From: an uncultured Thermoplasmata archaeon
GTDB lineage: Archaea; Thermoplasmatota; Thermoplasmata; RBG-16-68-12
Direction: 5' to 3'
NCBI GenBank assembly: GCA_963768855.1
Contig: CAVYJM010000017.1
Location: 1-64,000, forward strand
Length of the DNA: 64,000 bases
The position numbers were made by a program, and so were the translations under genes. A model generated the notes under the pieces. The model was not told the DNA's origin and did not search any database. It was given only the letters and a program-made list of their open reading frames with translations. Positions 19,232 to 28,072 of the stretch are shown piece after piece (the stretch's first letter is position 1; the number at the start of each line of letters is the position of its first letter).

Positions 19232-20152
19232 TCAGTTATCCGCCTCTCCCACGGAGTGCAGGTAGGCCTGGAGGCTGATGTGGGCATGCTGAATCCGCAG
19301 CTTCCTGCGGATGTTTCTGCGGTGGGTTTTTACGGTGTCGATGGAGATGTTCAGCGTCTGCGCTACATCCTTGCTCGAAGCGCCTTTGCGCACCATTGAG
19401 GCGATGGCCAGTTCGGTCGAGGAAAGGCAATCCGCCTCGACCATGCCGAAGATGGAGTTGGATGAATTGTCTTCAATCTCCTTAGCCACCGCGCGAAACT
19501 CATCTTCATACCGCGCCAGGCTGGGGTCATTGCTGAGCCTGATCAGGAACGGCCTGAGAATTGAGCGGAGCCGGTCCAGAAGCTGCTTTTCCGTCTCCTT
19601 GCGGGTCTTGTCCAGATTTCTCGCCAGGATGGAAAGCGATGTATTGGTGTCCAGCAGCTGCCGGTTCGTCAAATAGAGCTCCTCGTTGGTTTCGCGCAGC
19701 AGGGCTTCGGCCCGCCATTTTGCGCCCAGCGAGAGAGCACACTGCTGAATCTCGTAAATCGAGCACGGCTTCTGCAGATAGAGGAACTTGTCCAGAGGAC
19801 GAATCCGGTGGGAAAGATCCAGAGGATCGATATCGAGGCAGCCGGTAACCAGGACAATGTTGAGAGCAGTGTCGATCTCACGAATCTTTTTCGCTGTCCA
19901 GATGCCGCCATCAGGCAGGGGAGGCATCTTCAGATCGAGAAAGGCAACGGCAAACGGTTCCTTTCCGTGCACTGACTGCTTTACTGCTTCGATCGCCTCG
20001 ATGCCGTCTTTTGCCAGCGTCAGGCTGAAGCGGGTGTTTTCCTGATTGGCGAGGGGAATCATGTGGACCGATTCTTCGTAAATTGTCCGCATGTCCGCGT
20101 CATCATCGACAGCAAGAACTCGAGTCACGTGTGTGTTCATCAGTGTACTCAC
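19232..20152 (-). CDS. Response regulator (receiver + LuxR-type HTH)
   Basis: VLAVDDD, AFLDLKMP, LVTG, YLQKP; C-terminal LSSTELAIA..SSKDVAQTLNISIDTVKTHRRNIRRKL. Confidence 0.88.
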   Translation of the reverse strand: MSTLMNTHVTRVLAVDDDADMRTIYEESVHMIPLANQENTRFSLTLAKDGIEAIEAVKQSVHGKEPFAVAFLDLKMPPLPDGGIWTAKKIREIDTALNIVLVTGCLDIDPLDLSHRIRPLDKFLYLQKPCSIYEIQQCALSLGAKWRAEALLRETNEELYLTNRQLLDTNTSLSILARNLDKTRKETEKQLLDRLRSILRPFLIRLSNDPSLARYEDEFRAVAKEIEDNSSNSIFGMVEADCLSSTELAIASMVRKGASSKDVAQTLNISIDTVKTHRRNIRRKLRIQHAHISLQAYLHSVGEADN

Positions 20153-20452
20153 AGATGGTGAATCGTTTCTGATATGAGAGCAGCTCCGGGTAGTGGGAAG
20201 AGCAGTTTTTCAGATTACCGGATACGGCGGAGCCTTCCTCCAGTTTCCCCGTGAAGGGGCAATGAATTCAGAAGCGCATACTCTATACAAGAATGTACGG
20301 GGTAACGGGGGGTCGGTCAAGTAAACGGGATCGGAAGAAGACTGAAAGAGCTGGCCGGAGATCAGCTAAGGGGATGATATCCTAATGATTAATAGACGGT
20401 GAGCATGAGCGGCGGAGTCGAATGACTGTTTGCTGCAGTCGGACGGGCTGTT

Positions 20453-20522
20453 GATTGCAGATTCCCGATTTGCATCCTGAATACGATCGCAGATCTGAAA
20501 TCAGCAATCTCAAATCATCAAT
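20453..20522. repeat. Heptamer-repeat hairpin, family C copy 2
   Basis: GATTGCAGATTCCCGATTTGC pairs with GCAGATCTGAAATCAGCAATCTCAAATC; AAATCAGCAATC is the reverse complement of 14783-14794. Confidence 0.65.
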
Positions 20523-20542
20523 GTACGATCGCTTTGTACTCC

Positions 20543-20899
20543 TCACTCCCCATGCTCGGTGGTGTTGAAGGTGTAGGACGAGACCACCTTGCGGTCATCG
20601 AATCGAACTACCAGATCTTCGGTCCTGGCAGGGGCGAAGATCTGATACCGATACCTGCCGTAGGTCCAGGTTGCCTGGCCGTCCTCCCTGCCCACCCTCC
20701 AGGGAGAGCCGAACATGCTTTGAATCGCGCTCTGGGACGTGACGCCGATTTTGATGTCAGGGATTTTGTAGATCGGGAACTGTTCCCCGACGGTAACGCA
20801 GCCGATGGCGGAAAGCAGCGCCAGGGCAGTGATAGTCATGATGAGAGAACGTACTACGGCAATGTGGTGCTTTTGATATGGACAGGTAGTAGAACGCAT
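20543..20899 (-). CDS. BamE/SmpA-OmlA-like lipoprotein
   Basis: Lipobox-like SAIGC; IKIGVTSQSAIQSMFGSP, TWTY, DLVVRFD..VV. Confidence 0.7.
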   Translation of the reverse strand: MRSTTCPYQKHHIAVVRSLIMTITALALLSAIGCVTVGEQFPIYKIPDIKIGVTSQSAIQSMFGSPWRVGREDGQATWTYGRYRYQIFAPARTEDLVVRFDDRKVVSSYTFNTTEHGE

Positions 20900-20928
20900 G
20901 ATTATTTTCCTGGCTCTGTAGAGCTGGA

Positions 20929-20964
20929 AAGACGTTCGCGGCGGGACGCCGCTCCCACAGAAAG
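20929..20964. repeat. REP element, family A copy 3
   Basis: Identical to 6865-6900. Confidence 0.9.
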
Positions 20965-21039
20965 GCTGCTCTTTGCCTCTTGCCTCAGCGTAGCGGCGCC
21001 TCCTGCGTCCTCACGCCTATCTTCAGCCTTGACTATATC

Positions 21040-21660
21040 TCAGTCCGTGATCCTTCGCAAGGTTTTAAGCGGATCCTCCACCTCCAGATACACGGCGTTC
21101 AACCGGTCGATGCTTGCTCCGGGATTGATGGAAACCGTAGCGCCGATCCGATCCACGATCGAGCCGCTCTGGTCAGGCGATTCATGAATATGGCCGTGAA
21201 GTGTGAGAAGCGGCTGCTGCTTCCTGATGAACGCGGCCAGCGCTCTGCTGCCGCAGTGGCTGCCGTCGTACAGCACGTCAAGGGCGGTGCCATACGGAGG
21301 TGTATGAGTTACCAGGATGGTCTTCGCCGGATCGATCAGGCTGGAAAGCATCTGAAGATCATGTTCAATCGTACCGCGAGGCCGGAGATCCCGCTCAGTA
21401 TCCACGAACGTTACGCCGTACTCGGTGGTGAAGTAAGGCGGCCGGCGTGATGCCGGAGGGATCTGATCGGGCGTGTCGAACTTTTCCCAGTCCTTGATAC
21501 GGAAGTGAGTCAAGGGGATGAAGCTGTACCCATAGATCGTATAGTCGAATCGATGAATCGGCTGCTGGTGAACGGAGAATGCACATCCGTCTCGTTCCAG
21601 ATCGAGCAGCAGACGAGCGATCACCGATGAATCGTTGTTGCCGAGGATGATGCAGATATC
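21040..21660 (-). CDS. Icc-like metallophosphoesterase, 5' truncated at the junction
   Basis: ILGNND, VTHTPPYG, HCGSRAL, LHGHIHES, SINPG; the N-terminal DxH and GD motifs are missing. Confidence 0.85.
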   Translation of the reverse strand, partial: DICIILGNNDSSVIARLLLDLERDGCAFSVHQQPIHRFDYTIYGYSFIPLTHFRIKDWEKFDTPDQIPPASRRPPYFTTEYGVTFVDTERDLRPRGTIEHDLQMLSSLIDPAKTILVTHTPPYGTALDVLYDGSHCGSRALAAFIRKQQPLLTLHGHIHESPDQSGSIVDRIGATVSINPGASIDRLNAVYLEVEDPLKTLRRITD

Positions 21661-21675
21661 GGCGCGGCTCCGGGA
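21655..21675. other. Probable contig junction (bacterial to archaeal sequence)
   Basis: Two divergent genes both lack their 5' ends at this point, with no intergenic DNA; abrupt rise in GC; gene content switches from bacterial to archaeal. Confidence 0.88.
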
Positions 21676-22314
21676 TTCTACTCACCGGAGGGCCGCCTGG
21701 TCCAGGTGGACTACGCCCTCCAAGCCGTCTCGCGCGGCTCCACGACGATCGGGCTGAAGGGCAAGGACTTCGTCCTCCTGTCGAGCCAGGTCAAGCCGAC
21801 GCGGCCTCTGCTTGAGGCGGCGGAGAAGGTCTTCGTCCTGGACGACCACGTCGGGGCGACGGGGAGCGGGTACATCGGCGACGTGACCACCCTGATCGAC
21901 GAGCTCCGGGTCGAGGCGCAGAAGCACCGCCTCGTGTACGACAACCCGATCGACGTGGCCACGCTCTCACGCCACCTGTCCGAGTACCTGCACCAGCTCA
22001 CGATGTACGCGGTCCGCCCGCTGGGCGCGTCGATCATCCTGGCTGGCGCGGATGAACTGGGCATGCAGCTCGTCCAGGTCGATCCCAGCGGCACGACCTT
22101 CCGAGGTTCCGGCTTCGCGATCGGCCAGGGAGCGGACGAGGCCCTCGAAACCATTCACAAGGGCTACCGCCCCGATCTGACTCTCGAGGAAGCGATCGCC
22201 CTGACGACGAAGGCCATCGAGGATCTCAACGGCGGGAAGAGCGTCATCGAGCACGGGGTCGTGCGCGCAGCCACGAAGCGGTTCGAGCACCTGACGCCGA
22301 GCGTCTCCGGGTAG
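21661..22314 (+). CDS. psmA: Proteasome alpha subunit, divergent, 5' truncated
   Basis: In-frame extension GAAPGFYSPEGRLVQVDYALQAVSRGSTTIG; EKVF; VRPLGASIILAG; DPSG; AIGQG. Confidence 0.85.
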   Translation, partial: GAAPGFYSPEGRLVQVDYALQAVSRGSTTIGLKGKDFVLLSSQVKPTRPLLEAAEKVFVLDDHVGATGSGYIGDVTTLIDELRVEAQKHRLVYDNPIDVATLSRHLSEYLHQLTMYAVRPLGASIILAGADELGMQLVQVDPSGTTFRGSGFAIGQGADEALETIHKGYRPDLTLEEAIALTTKAIEDLNGGKSVIEHGVVRAATKRFEHLTPSVSG

Positions 22315-22430
22315 GGCGACCCCGCCTTACCCCCTTTCCTGCGACCAGGCGCCGTTGAGGCATACCTAAAAGAACCCCACTGCAATGACCCCCGGCTCCG
22401 GCCGCAACCAGCTGGACAGGACGGTGAACG

Positions 22431-23408
22431 ATGACCGAGGACGGAACGGCAATCCGGGTCGAGCGCCTGTCGAGATACTTCCGTGACAAAGCCGCTGTCG
22501 ATGGCGTGACCTTCGACATCGAACGGTCGGAGGTCTTCGGCTTCCTCGGACCCAACGGCGCGGGCAAGACGACCACGATCAAGATGCTCACCACTCTCCT
22601 GCCGCCCACGTCCGGCAAGGCGACGATCCTGGGGCACGACCTCGCGACCGAGGGCCGGAGGATCCGCGAGCGAATCGGGGTGGTGCAACAACAAGACAGC
22701 TTCGACCAGGGCCTGAACGTCGAGACGAGCATGGACATCTACGGGCTCATCTGGGACGTGCCGAAGGCCGAGCGGAAACGCCGGGTCGAGGAACTCATTG
22801 ACCGATTCGGCATGGAGGAATTCCGCAAGAAACCCACGATCGACCTCTCAGCCGGCCAGCGCCGGCGGCTGCAGGTCGCGCGGGAGTTCATCCATGACAT
22901 GGACCTCCTGTTCCTGGACGAGCCGACCGTCGGGCTGGACCCAATCGTCCGTCGCGGCGTCCTCGATTATCTCAAGGAGCGCGTGCGGGACGGGTTGACG
23001 ATCTTCTTCACGACCCATGTCCTCGAAGAGGCGGAGTACCTCTGCGACCGGATCGCGGTAATCAACCAGGGACGAATCGTCGAGATCGACACACCGGAGA
23101 ACCTGAAGCGTCGGTTCGGGAGCGCGAAGGCGGTCGAGTTCAAGCTACTCCAGGGCAGCTCGCAGGAGATGGCCACGGCCCTCGGGACGCTCGAGGGCGT
23201 TTCCCATCTGGTCCAGGACGAGAGCGCGGGGGCGTACCGGGTCACCACCGGGACGCCGGAGAGCGTCATCCCGGGAATCTACCGCCTCGCAGAGCGCCTC
23301 GGGCTCACCGTCTCCTCCATCTACATCGCCGAGACGACGCTGGAGGATGCGTTCATCAACCTCGTCACGGACGACAATCAGGTGGACGCGAAAGCAGGAG
23401 GCGCGTAG
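22431..23408 (+). CDS. ABC exporter ATP-binding protein (DrrA-like)
   Basis: GPNGAGKTT, LSAGQRRRL, LFLDEPTVGLDP, TTH. Confidence 0.92.
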   Translation: MTEDGTAIRVERLSRYFRDKAAVDGVTFDIERSEVFGFLGPNGAGKTTTIKMLTTLLPPTSGKATILGHDLATEGRRIRERIGVVQQQDSFDQGLNVETSMDIYGLIWDVPKAERKRRVEELIDRFGMEEFRKKPTIDLSAGQRRRLQVAREFIHDMDLLFLDEPTVGLDPIVRRGVLDYLKERVRDGLTIFFTTHVLEEAEYLCDRIAVINQGRIVEIDTPENLKRRFGSAKAVEFKLLQGSSQEMATALGTLEGVSHLVQDESAGAYRVTTGTPESVIPGIYRLAERLGLTVSSIYIAETTLEDAFINLVTDDNQVDAKAGGA

Positions 23409-23409
23409 G

Positions 23410-24171
23410 ATGAACATCTACGCGAGGCTCGTGTACCGGAACCTCCGCGCGAACCTCGACAAGGCGTCTCTGTTCTTCGAGCTCATCTTCCCCCTCTTCT
23501 TCATCTTCGTCCAGGGCTTCGGGATCAACGGGATCGTCCAGCCCTTCGAACTGGGGGGCCATCTGGTGACGTACTCCGAGTTCCTGGCGGCGGGGGCCGT
23601 CACGCTGACCGTCATCAACGGCGGCACGAACGCCGGGACCCAGCTATGGTTCGACCGCAAGAACGGGATGTTCGAGCAGATCCTCATGGGGCCGTTCACG
23701 CGGGCGCAGTACATCCTGAGCATCATCTTCGCGACCCTCATCATCGGCGTGGTGGGCTCCCTCTTGGTCTTCATCTTCGCGTTTCCCGTCGTGGGCGCGA
23801 GCGTGTCGTTCACGCTCCAGGGTCAGCTCCTCATTGCCGCGGCCCTCTTCCTCGGCACGATGTTTTTCGGGTCCTTCGCCATCGCCCTCTCCGTTGCGCT
23901 GAAGTCGTCCGAGACGTTCCAGGTCGTCTCGACTTTTGCCTTCTTCATCTTCCTGTTTACGTCGTCCGTCTTCTTCCCGGCGAGTTCGGCGCCGACCGCC
24001 ATCCAAACGGCGAGCTACGCGAACCCGCTGACGTACACCACGGACATTTTCCGTGCAGGGCTTTTCGACGCCCTGACCCCGACGGTCTCCCTCGAGCTCA
24101 CCGTCCTGGCGGTCGAGGCCGTCGTCATGTTCGTCCTCGCCGTCGTCGCGTTCCGAAGGATCCGCGTCTGA
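23410..24171 (+). CDS. ABC-2 permease
   Basis: ATG 23410; six TM segments, DRKNGMFEQILMGP, NPLTYTTDIFR. Confidence 0.88.
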   Translation: MNIYARLVYRNLRANLDKASLFFELIFPLFFIFVQGFGINGIVQPFELGGHLVTYSEFLAAGAVTLTVINGGTNAGTQLWFDRKNGMFEQILMGPFTRAQYILSIIFATLIIGVVGSLLVFIFAFPVVGASVSFTLQGQLLIAAALFLGTMFFGSFAIALSVALKSSETFQVVSTFAFFIFLFTSSVFFPASSAPTAIQTASYANPLTYTTDIFRAGLFDALTPTVSLELTVLAVEAVVMFVLAVVAFRRIRV

Positions 24172-24254
24172 ATCCCGCGCGGCGGCCTGCACCGGGGATC
24201 GGGACGCGACCCTGAAGAACCGTTAAGTGCCCGGGGGACCATCGCGGCCCAACT

Positions 24255-25172
24255 ATGCGAATCGTCTCGCTGCTTCCCGCCGCCACGGAGATCTGCTTTG
24301 CACTGGGGCTGGGCGGCGACCTCGTGGGCGTCTCGCCCGAATGCGATTATCCCCCGGCCGCCAACGAGCTCCCCCGGGTCAGCCACGCGCTCCTCGACTA
24401 CGAGGGCAAGACGAGCGCGGAGACCAGCCGGATGGTGGGGCGTCGACTCGCGGCCGAGCGGCCGCTCTACGCCGTGGACGACAAGGCGTTGCAAGAGGCC
24501 CGACCGGACGTAATCGTGACCCAGGGGCTCTGCGAGGTGTGCGCCCCGACGACGGACGATGTGCGAGCGGTCGCTGCGCGCCTCCCGAGGCGGCCCCGCA
24601 TCGTGACCCTGGATCCTCATTCCCTGAAGGATGTACTCGAGGATTTCGAGCGGGTCGGCCATGCCTGCGGCGCCTCCGTGGCCGCGGTGAGCGCGGTCGA
24701 GGATCTGCGCGAACGGATTGAACGCGTGGCCTTCCTCACCGGCCACGTCCCGGAACATCCCAGGACGGCCTGCCTCGAGTGGCTCGATCCGCTCTTCGCG
24801 GCGGGGCACTGGGTGCCGGAGATGGTCGAGCTTGCGGGTGGCCAGGACGTGCTTGCGAAACGCGCCGAGCCGTCGCGGCGCGTCGAGCCGAAGGATGTCG
24901 TCATGGCAGCCCCCGAGACCGCGGTCCTCATCCCCTGCGGATTCCACCTCGAGCGCGCCCTGAAGGAGACCCCCCAGGTGGCCCGTCAGCCGTGGTGGAG
25001 CGATCTCCCCGCGGCCCGTCAGGGCCGCGTCTGGGTCGCGGACGGGTCGAGCTACTTCAGCCGGCCCGGGCCGCGCCTGGTGACGGGGCTCGAGATCCTC
25101 GCCCACATCCTGCACCCGGAGATCTTCTCCCAGCCGCCGTCCGCCACGGACGCGCGGCCGTGGGTGGGGTGA
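24255..25172 (+). CDS. BtuF-like cobalamin/siderophore-binding protein
   Basis: RIVSLLPAATEI..LG..LVGVSPECDYP, PDVIVTQGLCEVCA, LEWLDP..AGHWVPEMVELAGG, YFSRPGPRL. Confidence 0.85.
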   Translation: MRIVSLLPAATEICFALGLGGDLVGVSPECDYPPAANELPRVSHALLDYEGKTSAETSRMVGRRLAAERPLYAVDDKALQEARPDVIVTQGLCEVCAPTTDDVRAVAARLPRRPRIVTLDPHSLKDVLEDFERVGHACGASVAAVSAVEDLRERIERVAFLTGHVPEHPRTACLEWLDPLFAAGHWVPEMVELAGGQDVLAKRAEPSRRVEPKDVVMAAPETAVLIPCGFHLERALKETPQVARQPWWSDLPAARQGRVWVADGSSYFSRPGPRLVTGLEILAHILHPEIFSQPPSATDARPWVG

Positions 25173-25174
25173 CC

Positions 25175-25717
25175 ATGCCGCGCCTCTACACCCGGAAGGG
25201 CGACGAAGGGACCACGGGGTTCCTCGGTCCCGGTCGCGCCCCGAAGGACGACCCGCGCGTGGAGGCCATGGGCGCGGTCGATGAGCTGAACGCGGTCCTG
25301 GGAGTCACGCTCGTGGCGCAGAAGGATCGGACCGTCCGCACCATGCTCCTGAAGATCCAGGACGACCTCTTCACGATCGGAGCGGAGCTCGCGACCCTCC
25401 GCCCGACGGGGACCAAGGTGCCAAGGACCACGCGACAACATGTGGCCCGTCTGGAGGCCGCGGTGGGCCGGCTTGACGCCGGCCCCTTGACGGAGTTCCT
25501 GCTCCCGCGAGGTTCCGAGGCCCTGACTCGACTCCACTGGGCCCGGACGGTCGCTCGCCGCGCGGAGCGGCGGGTCGTGGCTCTCTCCCACACTGCACCT
25601 GTGAATCCGGAGATGTTGCGATACATGAACCGCCTCTCGTCCCTGTTGTACCAGATGGCGCTCTGGGTCCAGAGCAAAGAGCGGTCGAAGCGAGAGCACC
25701 CGACGTACCGCGCGTGA
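25175..25717 (+). CDS. pduO: PduO-type cob(I)alamin adenosyltransferase
   Basis: MPRLYTRKGDEGTT, EAMGAVDELNA, IQDDLFTIGAEL, ARTVARRAER, YMNRLSSLL. Confidence 0.9.
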   Translation: MPRLYTRKGDEGTTGFLGPGRAPKDDPRVEAMGAVDELNAVLGVTLVAQKDRTVRTMLLKIQDDLFTIGAELATLRPTGTKVPRTTRQHVARLEAAVGRLDAGPLTEFLLPRGSEALTRLHWARTVARRAERRVVALSHTAPVNPEMLRYMNRLSSLLYQMALWVQSKERSKREHPTYRA

Positions 25718-25719
25718 GC

Positions 25720-26781
25720 CTAGGCCTTTCCGGCAGCCCCCTCCAGGAAGTCAGCGAGGAGGCGGGTCGCCTCTCGATTACCTGTGGGCGCGGGCTCTTG
25801 CCGTCCAAGCGCGAGCTTATCGGGAATGAGGTCACGCAGGTGCATCACGTCTTCGAAGCGATACCCGAGCGCGGCCGCGTTTCGCTCCGCCTCGGCGTGC
25901 CCTTTCGGCGGGATGGCGATGACGGGGGTGCCGAAGGCCAGGGCCTCGTTCGTGGCTCCCGCGCCGGCGGTCGTGATCACCAGATCCGCGGCGAGGACAT
26001 AGTCCTGAAGGTTCGGCAGGAACCCATACGTGTACACCCCGGGAGCAGGATCCACTTTGAGCTTCGGGCCACTCACGACGACCATCGACGTCTCCTCGAG
26101 GTCCAGCGCCCGGAACGCTTCGATCGCCGACTTCAGGAGGAACCCGCCGATTCCGGTCCCCCCGGCTGTCACGAGGATCGTCTTCTTCCGGAAGAAGAGG
26201 TCCTCGCGCAGCGTCTCCCTCGAGGCGCTCGGTGGGCGGACGATGGGGCCCACCCGTCTCACGTTTGGCCACGTAGGGCTTGAATCGGTCACGAGGATGA
26301 GGTCGACCCGGCGGGCGAGCTGCGTGAACCAGAAGTTGCCGACGCCCTCGACGACCTTCGAGAGGCCATCGCGGGCGAAGTCGCGGGCGAACTCGTTCAG
26401 GATGAGGGCCGTGGGCACGTGGTGACGGACGGCCTCCCGGACCGAGGCGAGCTCGCCGTCCGAGAGGAGGAAGCGGTAGTAGTCCCAGTCCCCCTCCTTC
26501 CGCATGAAGCGTCCTGCGGTCCGCAGGTAGCGGGCGTAGTCCCGGTACCACCGCCAGACTGGTCCGAGGACGCCGTCCTTCGCGGGAAAGTCCGGCGCCG
26601 GCGGCATCGTGAGCGCGTCAAACCCGTTCGAGACGACGAGGTCGAGGGCGGGCGATCCCGCCAGGAAGAGGAGGTAGAGATCCGGATCCCGCTCTTGAAG
26701 ACCCCGCGCGAGGGCGACGGAGCGGGTGGCGTGGCCGAGCCCCTGGGAGTGGACTGCGAAGTAGCCGTTGCGCTCGTCCAT
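25720..26781 (-). CDS. GT-B glycosyltransferase (MGDG synthase/MurG-like)
   Basis: GLGHATRS, VTAGGTG, YVLAADLVITTAGAGATNEALAFGTPVI. Confidence 0.8.
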   Translation of the reverse strand: MDERNGYFAVHSQGLGHATRSVALARGLQERDPDLYLLFLAGSPALDLVVSNGFDALTMPPAPDFPAKDGVLGPVWRWYRDYARYLRTAGRFMRKEGDWDYYRFLLSDGELASVREAVRHHVPTALILNEFARDFARDGLSKVVEGVGNFWFTQLARRVDLILVTDSSPTWPNVRRVGPIVRPPSASRETLREDLFFRKKTILVTAGGTGIGGFLLKSAIEAFRALDLEETSMVVVSGPKLKVDPAPGVYTYGFLPNLQDYVLAADLVITTAGAGATNEALAFGTPVIAIPPKGHAEAERNAAALGYRFEDVMHLRDLIPDKLALGRQEPAPTGNREATRLLADFLEGAAGKA

Positions 26782-26833
26782 CAGCCGGGAACCGATGGCC
26801 CCGGCCTACAAAGACCTTGGCGGTGCGACCTCC

Positions 26834-27319
26834 CTACGGCTTCGGGGCCGGCTTCGGCGGCGTGGGCATGGCAGGGATCTCGCCCGGCTTCGTCTCCTGG
26901 TTGAACTCCTTGTCCTCCCACATGTCGTAGGCGATCGCGACAGCCGCGGCCTGGGTGATGATGGCGAACGCGTTGACGACGTGGACGAAGACGAGGATGT
27001 AGAAGAGCGAGAGGTTCACGAGGGGGACTTGCCAGGAGAGTTGGTCCTTGAACAGGAGGATGACCCCGAGGATCGCCATCAGGATGGAGAGCTGGAACGT
27101 GGACTGCGCGGTGCGCTTCACACGACCCGCGATCGTCGTGTTTCGGACCCCGCTGAAGTTGTTGAACGCGAGCGGGATCATCGCGAACCCCAAGGCGGCA
27201 TGCAGGTAAATCAAGGGCGTCGCGATGGCCGCGAAGTTCGTCACGTGGGTGCTCATCACAATCAGGAACTCCACGAACGCAATCCAGATCATCGCGAAGA
27301 GAGCTTGCCAGAGCTTCAT
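26834..27319 (-). CDS. Hypothetical four-TM membrane protein with two intramembrane His
   Basis: Four hydrophobic segments; YLHAALG and FVHVVNA; Pro-rich tail. Confidence 0.75.
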   Translation of the reverse strand: MKLWQALFAMIWIAFVEFLIVMSTHVTNFAAIATPLIYLHAALGFAMIPLAFNNFSGVRNTTIAGRVKRTAQSTFQLSILMAILGVILLFKDQLSWQVPLVNLSLFYILVFVHVVNAFAIITQAAAVAIAYDMWEDKEFNQETKPGEIPAMPTPPKPAPKP

Positions 27320-27429
27320 CACATCGCCGAGCGGTGGGACGGGTAGGGGCGCCTACTAAGCATTCTGTTCGTACAGTATGAAGGCCGGCGACAGCGGGCC
27401 TCCATGTAAGGACGCCGGGGAGCCCCTTT

Positions 27430-27960
27430 ATGTGCGCCGAAACCATCCCCGCCCGGATGGCCCAGCCGCCGGAACTCGTGCACCGTACCCGGCTCCTCGT
27501 GAAGGCAGTCCTGCTCGGGACCATCGTCCTGCTTGGCCTCCTGATCGGGACGTTCCTAATCGTGCAGCACGAGACGCTGCCAGAGCCCATCATTATCATC
27601 TGGGGCCTCTTCATCCTGATCGCGGGCCTGATCGCCGGAATCGCCGCGGCGTACCTCTTCATGGCCCGCGCCCAGGCGGGGCCGGGTCCCGAACCGCTCT
27701 CCCGCGACGCGACCGCGACGGCCAGCACGCCGGAGCTCGAGGACCTCGCGGTCCGGCTCCTCGATGGCGATGAGCGACGGCTGATGCGCGTAATCGTGGA
27801 ATCGAAAGGGGACCTCCTGCAGCGGGACCTTGTCCGGATCACGGCTTTCTCCGATGCCAAGGTAAGCCGCCTGCTCGATCGGCTGGAGGAGCGCGGCCTG
27901 GTCGTTCGGGAACGGCACGGAATGACGAACCGGGTGCGCCTGACGCTCCGGCAGACGTAG
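27430..27960 (+). CDS. Membrane-anchored winged-helix transcriptional regulator
   Basis: Two TM segments, then LLDGDERRLMRVI..GDLLQRDLVRITAFSDAKVSRLLDRLEERGLVVRERHGMTNRV. Confidence 0.82.
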   Translation: MCAETIPARMAQPPELVHRTRLLVKAVLLGTIVLLGLLIGTFLIVQHETLPEPIIIIWGLFILIAGLIAGIAAAYLFMARAQAGPGPEPLSRDATATASTPELEDLAVRLLDGDERRLMRVIVESKGDLLQRDLVRITAFSDAKVSRLLDRLEERGLVVRERHGMTNRVRLTLRQT

Positions 27961-27979
27961 GGTCCCGGAACCTTTTGCT

Positions 27980-28005
27980 TGAATCTGCAAGGGCTTGCAG
28001 GTTCA
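27980..28005. promoter_or_regulatory. Palindromic operator candidate
   Basis: TGAATCTGCAAG-GG-CTTGCAGGTTCA (11 of 12 positions symmetric) upstream of the SHOCT-cupredoxin-ccdA genes. Confidence 0.6.
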
Positions 28006-28072
28006 TCCCACGAGATTCCTAAGGCTTTTTCAGCGTTGGTCCAGCCGCAATCAGATGATGGAGGCTTCTAGG

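Noticed and set aside
21600-22314. Horizontal transfer of a proteasome gene into a bacterium
   Set aside because: Double 5' truncation and a full switch of genome type point to a contig join
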